Shown here: piece after piece, positions 30,229 to 39,259 of the stretch
How the letters are laid out: each line of letters begins with the position of its first letter
Numbering within the stretch: the stretch's first letter is position 1
NCBI GenBank assembly: GCA_947629415.1
Contig: CANRDP010000001.1
Span: 11,290-75,289, forward strand
Origin: an uncultured Bacilli bacterium
GTDB lineage: Bacteria > Bacillota_I > Bacilli_A > RFN20 > CAG-449
Length of the DNA: 64,000 bases
Direction of reading: 5' to 3'
Notes under the pieces: generated by a model
Told to the model about the DNA's origin: nothing
The model's input: only the letters and a program-made list of their open reading frames with translations
Databases searched by the model: none
Translations under genes and position numbers: made by a program

Positions 30229-32113
30229 ACATTATAAGGAAGCTATCTTAAAAAATCCAAAATATCTTCAGGCAATTGAAAAAATGAAAAAGGAAGTTCG
30301 TGAATTTTATGATACATTTTACGATGATCCGAAGGTTATCAGTGTCTGGGGACATAATTATTTTTGTGATTATGATGGGGGACGTTTGATTTTCGATATT
30401 CATAAACCTCATGAACATAAATGTTCTGTCTGTGGAAAAGTTTTTTCTAATGAAATTTATGATGGAGTTTGGGTGTACTTTTATCGTAATCAAGCGATTT
30501 TAAGTGCGTGGAAGGCTGCAGGAATTTATGCTTTTACTCATGAGACACTTTATCTTACGATTGCGAAACATCTTCTTTCTTTCTATGCGGATCATTATAA
30601 AGAATTCGTTTTGCACAACAAAGAAGGAAAAATATATTCTTCTTATGAAGAAATGAAATGGGGATGTGGAAGAATCCTGCCTCAGGGATTAAATGAATCC
30701 ATTATTTGTATTCGCATGATTCAGGCATTGGAAATCATTAAAAATGATGTAAGTCCGGAATTTCTCAATGAATTATATGAAAAAATGTTTTCCGAAATGG
30801 TACTCTTGTTCAAACCTCAGATTGATCAAATTCACAATATCCGATGTTGGAACAACTGTGCTTTAGGCCTTATTGGTTTATTTTTCCATAAAGAAGAGGT
30901 CATCCATTTTGTCTTTCATGGTCCTTACAATATCCGTCGTCAAATAGACGAAGGAGTAACGGAAGATGGTTTCTGGTATGAAGGATCCATTCATTATAAT
31001 TTTTTCACTTTAGAAGGTATTACTCCTCTTTTGCTTTTCAGTGAAATTTATCATTATGATTTTGGTGCAAAGGAAAAAGAAATAGTACATAAAATGTTTA
31101 TCCATGCTTATCATTATGCCTTTGATAATCAGGTTCTTCCCAATCCGAATGACGGGTGGCCAAATATCAATTTAAAGACATATAGTTATATCTATCATAT
31201 GGCAAGTCGTGTTTTCGGAGAATATAGCGATGTGGGAAATCTTTTGAAAAACATTGAAAATCACCCGTTGCCACGAACAACATTACCTCTTTCCAAACCT
31301 TATTATATCGATAATGAAATTGCTTATGAAAGATTACTTTTGAATACAGATTATGATTTTGACGTATATGAAAAAGTCATTCCCGTGGCGAAGAATTTTC
31401 CCAAATCGAATTTTGCTACATTGCGAAACGATAACATCAATGTCTTTGTCAAATACGGACTCAATGGTCCTTCTCATTCACACCCCGATTTGATTAATAT
31501 GGAAATTATGTATAAAAATCGGATGATCAGTCGGGATTTATCCAATTGCGGTTATCGTGCAAAATTATGTGATGAATGGCATCGTACATCTTTAGCTCAC
31601 AATGTTGTCATTCGAAACGGAGAGAATATTCCTTCTGTTTCGCCTGGAAAAACACTTGAATTTCAGCCGACAAAAATATGTGCAAAAGCTGAGAATGTTT
31701 ATCCTCAGGTAGATGCCATCCGTACGATTGAAATTGATTCCTGTCATATCATGGATTGCTATGAAATTCATGCAGCAGAAGAAGCTACATTTGATTATGT
31801 TTTTCATTTGGAAAGTGATTTTGAAATCAGTTCCTTACCTTTGGAAAAAGCAACATTGGGTTATGAAAAGAACGGATATCAACATGTTTTGGAAACTTAT
31901 AGAGTCAAAGATTGTCCTTCCAAACTCACTTTTTTTGCCCGAGCAAAAGATCTCGTATTGACTTTGGAATTTGAAACTCAAAATAAAGAGGTCTTTATAT
32001 TGAAAACTATGGATAATCCCGTCAATAAGACGAGAACAACTATTTTATTAAGAGAAAAAGGAACAACCATTCTATATCAAATGAAATTAACTATAAAGGA
32101 GGAAAAAGAATGA
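30212..32113 (+). CDS. Heparinase II/III-like polysaccharide lyase, second cytoplasmic paralog
   Basis: 633 aa with ..NIRCWNNCALGL.., ..GFWYEGSIHYNFF.. and ..GPSHSHPDLINMEI... The N-terminus has a Cys/His cluster (CDYDGG...HKPHEHKCSVCGK). ATG 30212 has the RBS AAAGGAG. Confidence 0.5.
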   Translation: MQYLNEHYKEAILKNPKYLQAIEKMKKEVREFYDTFYDDPKVISVWGHNYFCDYDGGRLIFDIHKPHEHKCSVCGKVFSNEIYDGVWVYFYRNQAILSAWKAAGIYAFTHETLYLTIAKHLLSFYADHYKEFVLHNKEGKIYSSYEEMKWGCGRILPQGLNESIICIRMIQALEIIKNDVSPEFLNELYEKMFSEMVLLFKPQIDQIHNIRCWNNCALGLIGLFFHKEEVIHFVFHGPYNIRRQIDEGVTEDGFWYEGSIHYNFFTLEGITPLLLFSEIYHYDFGAKEKEIVHKMFIHAYHYAFDNQVLPNPNDGWPNINLKTYSYIYHMASRVFGEYSDVGNLLKNIENHPLPRTTLPLSKPYYIDNEIAYERLLLNTDYDFDVYEKVIPVAKNFPKSNFATLRNDNINVFVKYGLNGPSHSHPDLINMEIMYKNRMISRDLSNCGYRAKLCDEWHRTSLAHNVVIRNGENIPSVSPGKTLEFQPTKICAKAENVYPQVDAIRTIEIDSCHIMDCYEIHAAEEATFDYVFHLESDFEISSLPLEKATLGYEKNGYQHVLETYRVKDCPSKLTFFARAKDLVLTLEFETQNKEVFILKTMDNPVNKTRTTILLREKGTTILYQMKLTIKEEKE

Positions 32114-32448
32114 AAGAAATTCAAAATTACTTTTTAGACAAAGATATTGTCTTTAAAGATGCTGATCCGGGTGTGCAAAGAAAAATCTTGGCACATAACG
32201 AATCTTTAATGGTTTGCCGTTTGCATTTTGAAAAGGGAGCTGTCGGTGCTTTGCATCAGCATCCTCATACACAATGCACCTATATTATTTCGGGGAAATT
32301 CGAATTCAATATTGGAGGCAAAAAAATGATTTTGGGGCCTGGCGATTCTACTTATAAAGAACCCGACGTGATTCACGGCGCCGTTTGTCTTGAAGAGGGA
32401 GAATTGTTAGATATATTTACACCAGAAAGAAAAGACTTTTTGAAATAG
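32110..32448 (+). CDS. Cupin-2 protein, KdgF-like unsaturated-uronate linearising enzyme
   Basis: 112 aa with the cupin metal motifs HQHPHTQ and PDVIHGAV. Its size and its context among lyases and an SDR match KdgF. Confidence 0.5.
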   Translation: MKEIQNYFLDKDIVFKDADPGVQRKILAHNESLMVCRLHFEKGAVGALHQHPHTQCTYIISGKFEFNIGGKKMILGPGDSTYKEPDVIHGAVCLEEGELLDIFTPERKDFLK

Positions 32449-32459
32449 GAGGAGATGAA

Positions 32460-33209
32460 ATGAAAAAAGTTGTAATTATTACCGGTGGGACCGGCGGCAT
32501 CGGTTCGGCGACTGCTTTGGAATTGGCAAAACAGGGATATTCCATTGCATTAAACGGAATCGATGATGAAGCAGCAGTTCAAGTGATGAATGACTTGAAA
32601 AACATGGGTGCGGATGCCAAGTATTATCATTTTGATGTCACGGATGAAGCAGCTGTGAATGAAAATGTTAATCAAATTGCAAAAGATTTTGGCCAGATCG
32701 ATGCATTGATTAATTGTGCAGGTGGATTAGGAGGAAGATCGCGTTTTGAAGTGATGACGACAGAATTCTATCGTAAAGTGATGGCTTTGAACTTAGATAG
32801 TGCTTTCTTTATGTCACGTGCTTGTATTCCGTATCTGAAAAAAAGCGAGAATCCTTCCATTATCAATTTTTCATCGAATGCCGGATGGAATGCTGGTGGT
32901 CCGGGAGCGGGAATGTACGGAACAAGTAAAGGTGCAATTATCACTTTCACAAGAGCGTTAGCGAAAGATTTAGCGGAATATCACATCCGTTGCAATGCGG
33001 TCGCTCCGGGAACGATTGATACACCTTTTCATGATGCCACGAAGAAAAATAATCCTGCATTATTTGAATCTTGGAAAAACAACATCTTACTAAAGCGCTT
33101 TGGAAAACCTTCGGAAGTGGCTACGGTTATTGCCTTCTTATTAAGTGAAAACGCATCTTTCATTACCGGAGAGATTGTGCAAATTAATGGAGGACAGGAT
33201 TTACTCTAA
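32460..33209 (+). CDS. SDR-family oxidoreductase (KduD/DehR-like 2-keto-3-deoxy sugar acid reductase)
   Basis: NAD(P)-binding motif TGGTGGIGSA, catalytic YGTSK (YxxxK) and NCAGG. Confidence 0.6.
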   Translation: MKKVVIITGGTGGIGSATALELAKQGYSIALNGIDDEAAVQVMNDLKNMGADAKYYHFDVTDEAAVNENVNQIAKDFGQIDALINCAGGLGGRSRFEVMTTEFYRKVMALNLDSAFFMSRACIPYLKKSENPSIINFSSNAGWNAGGPGAGMYGTSKGAIITFTRALAKDLAEYHIRCNAVAPGTIDTPFHDATKKNNPALFESWKNNILLKRFGKPSEVATVIAFLLSENASFITGEIVQINGGQDLL

Positions 33210-33210
33210 A

Positions 33211-34377
33211 ATGGATGTCTTTGATATCGTAAAATTGGATCCGGTGAACTATTACATTCTTTATTCCTTAAAAGAATTAAAAGCGATAAAGGCAAAGATT
33301 TCTTCTAAAGAATTAAAAGAATTTCAAGATATTTTTCAACCTTATGAAGTTCTTTATGAAAAGGAAAAAAGAAGTGTGGTGGAAAAAAAGATTTTCTTAA
33401 AAGGTATCGATAAAAAAGATTATGTTTCTTTAGCAACATATTTTTGGCCAAATAAAGAAACAGTGGATGGATTGCCTTATGTGTCCTATGATGGTAAGGC
33501 AAATCCTGAAGGCGATCTCTATGACAAACAGAATTTAAGACGATTGGCATTTATTACTTATTATCAGGCAATTTTATATTTTCTCAGCGAAGACGAAAAA
33601 TATCTTCGGATGATTGAAAAGAATTGGACATACTACTTCTTCGATGATATTACGGGAATGAATCCGAATATGGATCATGCACAACTGATTCGGGGAGTAA
33701 ACCTGGGACGAGGCATAGGAATGATTGATTTTACAGCGAATGTTTCATATGCCTTATATATGCTGAATCTCTTAAAGAAAGAAAAGAAATTATCGGAGAG
33801 TTTTCTTACAAAACTCACCGCCTGGTTAGAAAAATTCTATCACTGGTATCAATATTCACGAATTGCTCTGGAAGAAAAATATGCGGAAAATAATCATGGT
33901 ATCTTTTATGATTTCGGGTTATGTGTACTGATTGATTTTCTGGAGAAAAAAGACGAAATGTATCCATTAGTTATCCAGATGATTGAACTGAGGATGAAAC
34001 ATCAGATAAAAAAAGATCGGATGCCTTTGGAACTTCAAAGAACAAAAGCAAAAAGTTACGCTTTGATGGGAATTAAAGGTATCTATGATTTCTCTTTCAT
34101 CAGTTCATCGTATGGGTATAATCTTTATACCTTAAATGAATGGTATGATAAAAAAGCGGATATTGACATTCGCTTAGTAGAAGATTTGCTTTATCGACAG
34201 TTGGTGTCACAAGAAGTAACTTTTCCATATGAACAGATAACACCATTTGATGTTGCGACCCTATTACCATTGCTCTATGAAAAGAATAAATGGGATGTAA
34301 ATTCATTGAAAAACATGATAAAATTAAAATGTTTAATGAAAATGGATTGGCAATATCGCTTGCTGAAACATTTGTAG
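33211..34377 (+). CDS. Alginate-lyase-family (AlgL/PL5- or PL17 N-domain-like) alpha/alpha-toroid protein, cytoplasmic
   Basis: 389 aa. AENNHGIFY resembles the PL5 NNHSYW motif and the protein is aromatic-rich. ATG 33211 has the RBS GGAGGA, so the track start at 33145 was rejected. Confidence 0.35.
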   Translation: MDVFDIVKLDPVNYYILYSLKELKAIKAKISSKELKEFQDIFQPYEVLYEKEKRSVVEKKIFLKGIDKKDYVSLATYFWPNKETVDGLPYVSYDGKANPEGDLYDKQNLRRLAFITYYQAILYFLSEDEKYLRMIEKNWTYYFFDDITGMNPNMDHAQLIRGVNLGRGIGMIDFTANVSYALYMLNLLKKEKKLSESFLTKLTAWLEKFYHWYQYSRIALEEKYAENNHGIFYDFGLCVLIDFLEKKDEMYPLVIQMIELRMKHQIKKDRMPLELQRTKAKSYALMGIKGIYDFSFISSSYGYNLYTLNEWYDKKADIDIRLVEDLLYRQLVSQEVTFPYEQITPFDVATLLPLLYEKNKWDVNSLKNMIKLKCLMKMDWQYRLLKHL

Positions 34378-34385
34378 GAGGAGTT

Positions 34386-35171
34386 ATGAATAATACCATA
34401 CGAAAAACATATGAAATTTTAGGATTAATCGGTGAGTCGAAAGAAAGAGGATTATCTTTATCAGAAATTGTCTTGCAGACAGGACTTCCTAAAAGCAGTG
34501 TTTTCGATATCGTAAAGTCACTTTATGAATTGAATTTGTTATCTGTAAATCAATATAACGATAAGAAATACGTTTTGGGCATTGCCACCTTTGAACTGGG
34601 TTCCAAATTTACACAGGACAAAACTTTAGTGGCTACTTGTCAACAATATCTTCTACCCATTGCGGATCGTTTAGGCCAAACGGCATTTATTGCTATGCTC
34701 AACGGAGGAAATATCATCTACATTTATAAGTATCAAGCGGAAAATGCAACACTTGCCTCTTGTAAAGTAGGTAGCTCTCATTTGGCCTATACTACTGCCT
34801 TAGGAAAAAGTTTATTATCCTACATTGATGAAGAAAGCTTGAATGCTATTATTCAACAGTACACTTTTGATTTTTCCGGAGGAAATACCATTCATTCCAA
34901 AGAAGAACTATTGGCACAAATTGCTGATTGTCGTAAAAATGGATACGCAATTGACTTACAAGAAAACGAGATTACTCGTGTGTGCTATGGAGCACCTATT
35001 TTCAATGCCCAGGGAAAACCGATTGCAGCGATATCGATTTCCGATTTGAAACGCAAGGATGTGGATCATAATAGTTATGGTGAAATCATCCGAGATTGTG
35101 CTATTAAAATATCGCATGAATTAGGCTATCCTGAGAAACAATATTGGGCAAAACAAAACATATTGATTTGA
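34386..35171 (+). CDS. IclR-family transcriptional regulator (KdgR-like)
   Basis: N-terminal winged-HTH (GLSLSEIVLQTGLPKSSVFDIVKSL) plus a C-terminal IclR effector domain. RBS GGAGGAG. Confidence 0.7.
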   Translation: MNNTIRKTYEILGLIGESKERGLSLSEIVLQTGLPKSSVFDIVKSLYELNLLSVNQYNDKKYVLGIATFELGSKFTQDKTLVATCQQYLLPIADRLGQTAFIAMLNGGNIIYIYKYQAENATLASCKVGSSHLAYTTALGKSLLSYIDEESLNAIIQQYTFDFSGGNTIHSKEELLAQIADCRKNGYAIDLQENEITRVCYGAPIFNAQGKPIAAISISDLKRKDVDHNSYGEIIRDCAIKISHELGYPEKQYWAKQNILI

Positions 35172-35245
35172 TAAAATTGAATGGATTGAGCTAATAAAAG
35201 ACGAAATATCCTATTAGATTTTATTAAATCTAAAAAGGAGAAAAA

Positions 35246-37018
35246 ATGTCAAAAAAGAAAAATATACTGATGGGCATTCTTGCATTATCTGCAGCAATGC
35301 TTCTTGGTGCATGTACAAATAATAATGAAAATACTACTTCTTCGGTAGGAACAAGTAAGGATACTACTTCTTTAAATAGTCAGGTAAATGACATTACGTT
35401 AAAGAGTGCAACCTTATCCAGTGATTCAAGTACACCGGGTAAATTAATTGTTAAAGCAAGCAAAAAAGAGGGAGAAACAGGCACAATTTATTATGCCATT
35501 ACAAAATTAGAAAATAAAGAATGCACAAATGCCGAGATCATGAATCCAGATAGCACTGTTTTTGTAAAAAGTGGTCATTCGGATGAAGATGTGGATACAT
35601 CATTTGATTTAGAGGCAGGTGTGACATATTATGGTTATTTCCTTTTGAAAAGAGGAGATAATTACAGTAATATCGTGAAAAGAAACGCTACAACATATAT
35701 TAATTCATCCGATATGGGTGATGGTAGCGAAGAGACACCATTTAAGATTTCCACTTTAGAAGATTTAGAAGCAATAGGCGGAACTTATGCAAAATATGAT
35801 TTGGAGTTCAAGACAACGTCTCATTATATTTTAATGGATGATATTGATTTATCTTCCAAATATAATGCAACAAGTCAAACGAGTTGGACACCTATCGAAT
35901 CATTTGATGGTGTTTTTGACGGAAATGGTCATAAGATTTCTAACCTTTACATCAATAGTCCCGAAACTACAGGTAGATTAGGGTTATTTTCACAAGTAAA
36001 TACCAAAGGTATCGTAAAAAATCTGACAATTGAAGACGTTACCATCACGGCCAAAGGTGCTTCGGAAAACGCAAGAGGTGTTGATAGTAATGGCAACCCA
36101 ACCACCTCGGATGTGAAAAATTTAGCTTACTATACTCCGAATACCGATATTTCTATTGGTGTGCTTACGGGTGATGTCAAAGGACAAGTAGATAATGTTC
36201 ACATTAAAAAGGCCAATATAACAGTTGATGGAAGTCGTGTGGGTGGTTTGACCGGGAGATTTTATTCCGATGAAGGAACAAGTGCCAAAATTTCCAATAG
36301 TTCCGTGGAAGAAACAACGATTCAAGCAACTAATCGTGTTGGAGGAATCGCAGGACTTGTTGATTCAAAGTCTAAAGTAACGCATACCCAGGCTTTGATT
36401 GAAAATTGCACATTTCAAGGAACAATTCAAAGTGCGAATAAAGAATTGAAAGATCCGGATACAAGCAAAAATCCGAATCAAAGTGTTACGGCAATTGTTG
36501 CTGCCGAATACATTGGAGGAATTGCGGGATATTATCGTGGCTGTGATATGAAAAATGTTGTATCTGAAGCTAATATCACAGGATATCGCCATATCGGAGG
36601 AGTCATTGGTTTCCAACAATTCAATGGTAAAACCAATGTTGGAGAACATTATTCTACTTTGGATGGTGCTATGGCTAATGTTGAATTGCATGTAGGTGAA
36701 AATATAAAGAATATGGGTCCCATCGTTGGTAATAAATCAACGAGTTATACAAGCTCTGGATCTGGAGATAAACTAGATGCAAGTGTGACAATGGATACGG
36801 CTGTTTCAACAAATAATGCATATTTTGTCAGTACTTCAAAATTCTATTCGGGTACAGGGGAAATAGGATTTGATGCTTTACCTTCCAGTGCAAAATACGG
36901 GACTTCAGTTGAGGCAAGTGCTTTAACAAGTGAATGGTATAACACCTATTTGGTGAGTTTTGATTTTGATAAAGTATTTCAACTCGATGACACAACAAAA
37001 TTGCCGGTTTTAAAATAA
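35246..37018 (+). CDS. GLUG-motif right-handed beta-helix lipoprotein, paralog of the 16370 gene
   Basis: Lipobox LLGAC. The same module is present: GDGSEETPFKISTLEDLEAIGG...FDGVFDGNGHKISNLYINS, then VGGLTGRF, VGGIAGLV, IGGIAGYY and IGGVIGFQ. Confidence 0.5.
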   Translation: MSKKKNILMGILALSAAMLLGACTNNNENTTSSVGTSKDTTSLNSQVNDITLKSATLSSDSSTPGKLIVKASKKEGETGTIYYAITKLENKECTNAEIMNPDSTVFVKSGHSDEDVDTSFDLEAGVTYYGYFLLKRGDNYSNIVKRNATTYINSSDMGDGSEETPFKISTLEDLEAIGGTYAKYDLEFKTTSHYILMDDIDLSSKYNATSQTSWTPIESFDGVFDGNGHKISNLYINSPETTGRLGLFSQVNTKGIVKNLTIEDVTITAKGASENARGVDSNGNPTTSDVKNLAYYTPNTDISIGVLTGDVKGQVDNVHIKKANITVDGSRVGGLTGRFYSDEGTSAKISNSSVEETTIQATNRVGGIAGLVDSKSKVTHTQALIENCTFQGTIQSANKELKDPDTSKNPNQSVTAIVAAEYIGGIAGYYRGCDMKNVVSEANITGYRHIGGVIGFQQFNGKTNVGEHYSTLDGAMANVELHVGENIKNMGPIVGNKSTSYTSSGSGDKLDASVTMDTAVSTNNAYFVSTSKFYSGTGEIGFDALPSSAKYGTSVEASALTSEWYNTYLVSFDFDKVFQLDDTTKLPVLK

Positions 37019-37029
37019 GAGGATAAAAA

Positions 37030-39135
37030 ATGAAAAAGAGATATTTATTTTTGATTTCATTTCTTTTTCTGGGCCTAGTTTCGTGTAATACGACTGGTAA
37101 CACCGATAATACATCAGGAAATTCGGGACAATCATCCATTGATTTAGGGGATATTGGCAATTTGCCATTTTCCTCTAAATTTATCGGAGATTGGAATCGA
37201 CCGGGTTTATATGAGAAGGATGGTTCAGAGCATACCATGCCTGAAACACAAAAAGAAACGGGTATGGAAATCAGTGTCGCGGATTATGGTGCAAAAGCAA
37301 ATAACCCGGCGGCGGATAATTACAGTGCTTTTAAAAATGCCATTTCCAATGCGAATTCTGGAGATACGATATTTGTCCCCAATGGAACATATTATTTTTC
37401 TAGTGGAGGTAACATTGTAGGTGGAGCATATAAAGCCAACATAATCATAAATAAGGATAATATTACCTTTAAAGGAGAATCCAAAGAGGGAGTTATTCTC
37501 GTTTCCAATTTCAATGAAGCTGCCAATCGTGATGATTCAACGACTGTCATCGGTGCAGTTAATGTGAAAAATGTAACGATTAAAAATCTGACAGTAACAT
37601 CCAATACTTCGGATGATGTCTTGCCGGATCCGGATAATTCGAACTTGCAAACGACAACATATACTGCACCAAAGTATGGTATTACTGCCGCGAGTGCGGG
37701 AACGATTTCAAGTGCAGAAAAACAAGCAAGAAACATTCTTATTGAAAACTGTATGGTAGAAAAGTTCCAAAGAATGGGCGTCCGTGTCGCACAGGCACAG
37801 GAAGTCGTCGTTCGATCTTGTTCTTTCCAAAAAGCCACATGTCTTGGAGGAGGCGGCATGGGATATGGTGTCAATATTCAAGGATTCGGTCATGATTTCG
37901 ATAGTACGGATACCTTCGTAGATACTCGATTCAATGCCGTAGAAAACTGCAAATTTATTGGTCCTTATCTCCGTCATGGTGCTTTAATTCAATATTATGC
38001 ACACAATAATGTCATTCGGAATAACCAATTTGATGATTTGTTATTAGATTCTATTGATATGCATGGGGAAGATGAATATTCCAATGAAATTTATGAAAAT
38101 AAAGTAAATAATTCACGACGTGGTGCAGGAATCGGTTTGGGAAATACAGGAGCAACTCATGATGCTTCTGGAAGAAATAATTATATTCATGATAATATCA
38201 TTACGGGTGGACAAAGAGGTATTGATGTTCTTCTCGGTACACCGGATACGATTATTTATAATAATGAAATTAAAAACGTTTCTTCTACGGGAATCAAATG
38301 TACGAATGCCAATGGAACGAATATTATCAAAAATAAATTGTCCAATGTTGCAAGCGATGCTGTTACAGTAATGTATTCCTTTGTTTTCTCTGATCCAGCT
38401 TTGGGAATTCCCAATCATTATCGTATTTCTGACAATACTTTTACTTCGTGTAATCGTGGTATTTATTTTGATTCCAAAGAATCGGATTTTGTTGTTGAAA
38501 ATAACGAATTCAATGATATTGATGAAAATCTGAAAATTGTGGATGAATCCGCTGATTTTGTTTTACCACCAAAATCTACTTTAATGGATCCTGTTGAAGG
38601 AATAGATGTTTATCCGCAAGAAAATATGTTCATCACTATGGAAAGCCAAGATCAACCCGCGGTATATCAGAAAAATCTGAAATTGAAGACGAGTAATTTA
38701 GAACCCTTATTTAATCGTATTATTTATGCCTTATGGGATAAATCTACGATGCCGGCAAGTTATGAACATGTATATCTTTGTATGACGGCAAAAGCACAAG
38801 ATGGTGCTCCAACCATCAATATCTTTACGAATACAACGTATACCGATTGGAAAACGGAGACGATTTATTGGAATAATTCCAAATTGCATCATGAGACTTT
38901 AGCGCTCATTAAGAATACAACAGAGGATCCTGTCACTTCATTCGCGGATTTTACTTTCCCGATTGTTGAATACGAATTCCATACTTATTATCTAGATGTT
39001 ACCGAGGCATTTAAGACATTGCCTAATGGATTATTCACTATGGTATTTACCAATGAATCCATTGATGAATCTTATATGGAAATCTATTCAAATCAACAGG
39101 CCAATAATCAAGGTTTACGATTTATTTTTAGTTAA
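37030..39135 (+). CDS. Lipoprotein with a Pectate_lyase_3-type beta-helix CAZyme domain plus a conserved C-terminal domain of unknown function
   Basis: Lipobox LGLVSCN. The N-terminus DYGAKANNPAADNYSAFKNAISNANSGDTIFVPNGTYYF is the Pectate_lyase_3 signature. The helix carries GGGGMGYG and DSIDMHGEDEYSNEI. The C-terminal 150 aa are conserved with the next gene. Confidence 0.5.
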   Translation: MKKRYLFLISFLFLGLVSCNTTGNTDNTSGNSGQSSIDLGDIGNLPFSSKFIGDWNRPGLYEKDGSEHTMPETQKETGMEISVADYGAKANNPAADNYSAFKNAISNANSGDTIFVPNGTYYFSSGGNIVGGAYKANIIINKDNITFKGESKEGVILVSNFNEAANRDDSTTVIGAVNVKNVTIKNLTVTSNTSDDVLPDPDNSNLQTTTYTAPKYGITAASAGTISSAEKQARNILIENCMVEKFQRMGVRVAQAQEVVVRSCSFQKATCLGGGGMGYGVNIQGFGHDFDSTDTFVDTRFNAVENCKFIGPYLRHGALIQYYAHNNVIRNNQFDDLLLDSIDMHGEDEYSNEIYENKVNNSRRGAGIGLGNTGATHDASGRNNYIHDNIITGGQRGIDVLLGTPDTIIYNNEIKNVSSTGIKCTNANGTNIIKNKLSNVASDAVTVMYSFVFSDPALGIPNHYRISDNTFTSCNRGIYFDSKESDFVVENNEFNDIDENLKIVDESADFVLPPKSTLMDPVEGIDVYPQENMFITMESQDQPAVYQKNLKLKTSNLEPLFNRIIYALWDKSTMPASYEHVYLCMTAKAQDGAPTINIFTNTTYTDWKTETIYWNNSKLHHETLALIKNTTEDPVTSFADFTFPIVEYEFHTYYLDVTEAFKTLPNGLFTMVFTNESIDESYMEIYSNQQANNQGLRFIFS

Positions 39136-39147
39136 ATTAGAAAGTCA

Positions 39148-39178
39148 TATCCGGATGGATATTTTGTTCATCCGGATA
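39148..39178 (+). terminator. Hairpin after the 37030 gene
   Basis: TATCCGGATG-gatattttgtt-CATCCGGATA with a weak U-tract. Confidence 0.35.
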
Positions 39179-39259
39179 GACTTTTCCATATGGAATATCT
39201 TTCTATGTTACTAAACATTTGCTTGACATAGAAAGATATGTACAGGAAAGGAAAATTGC

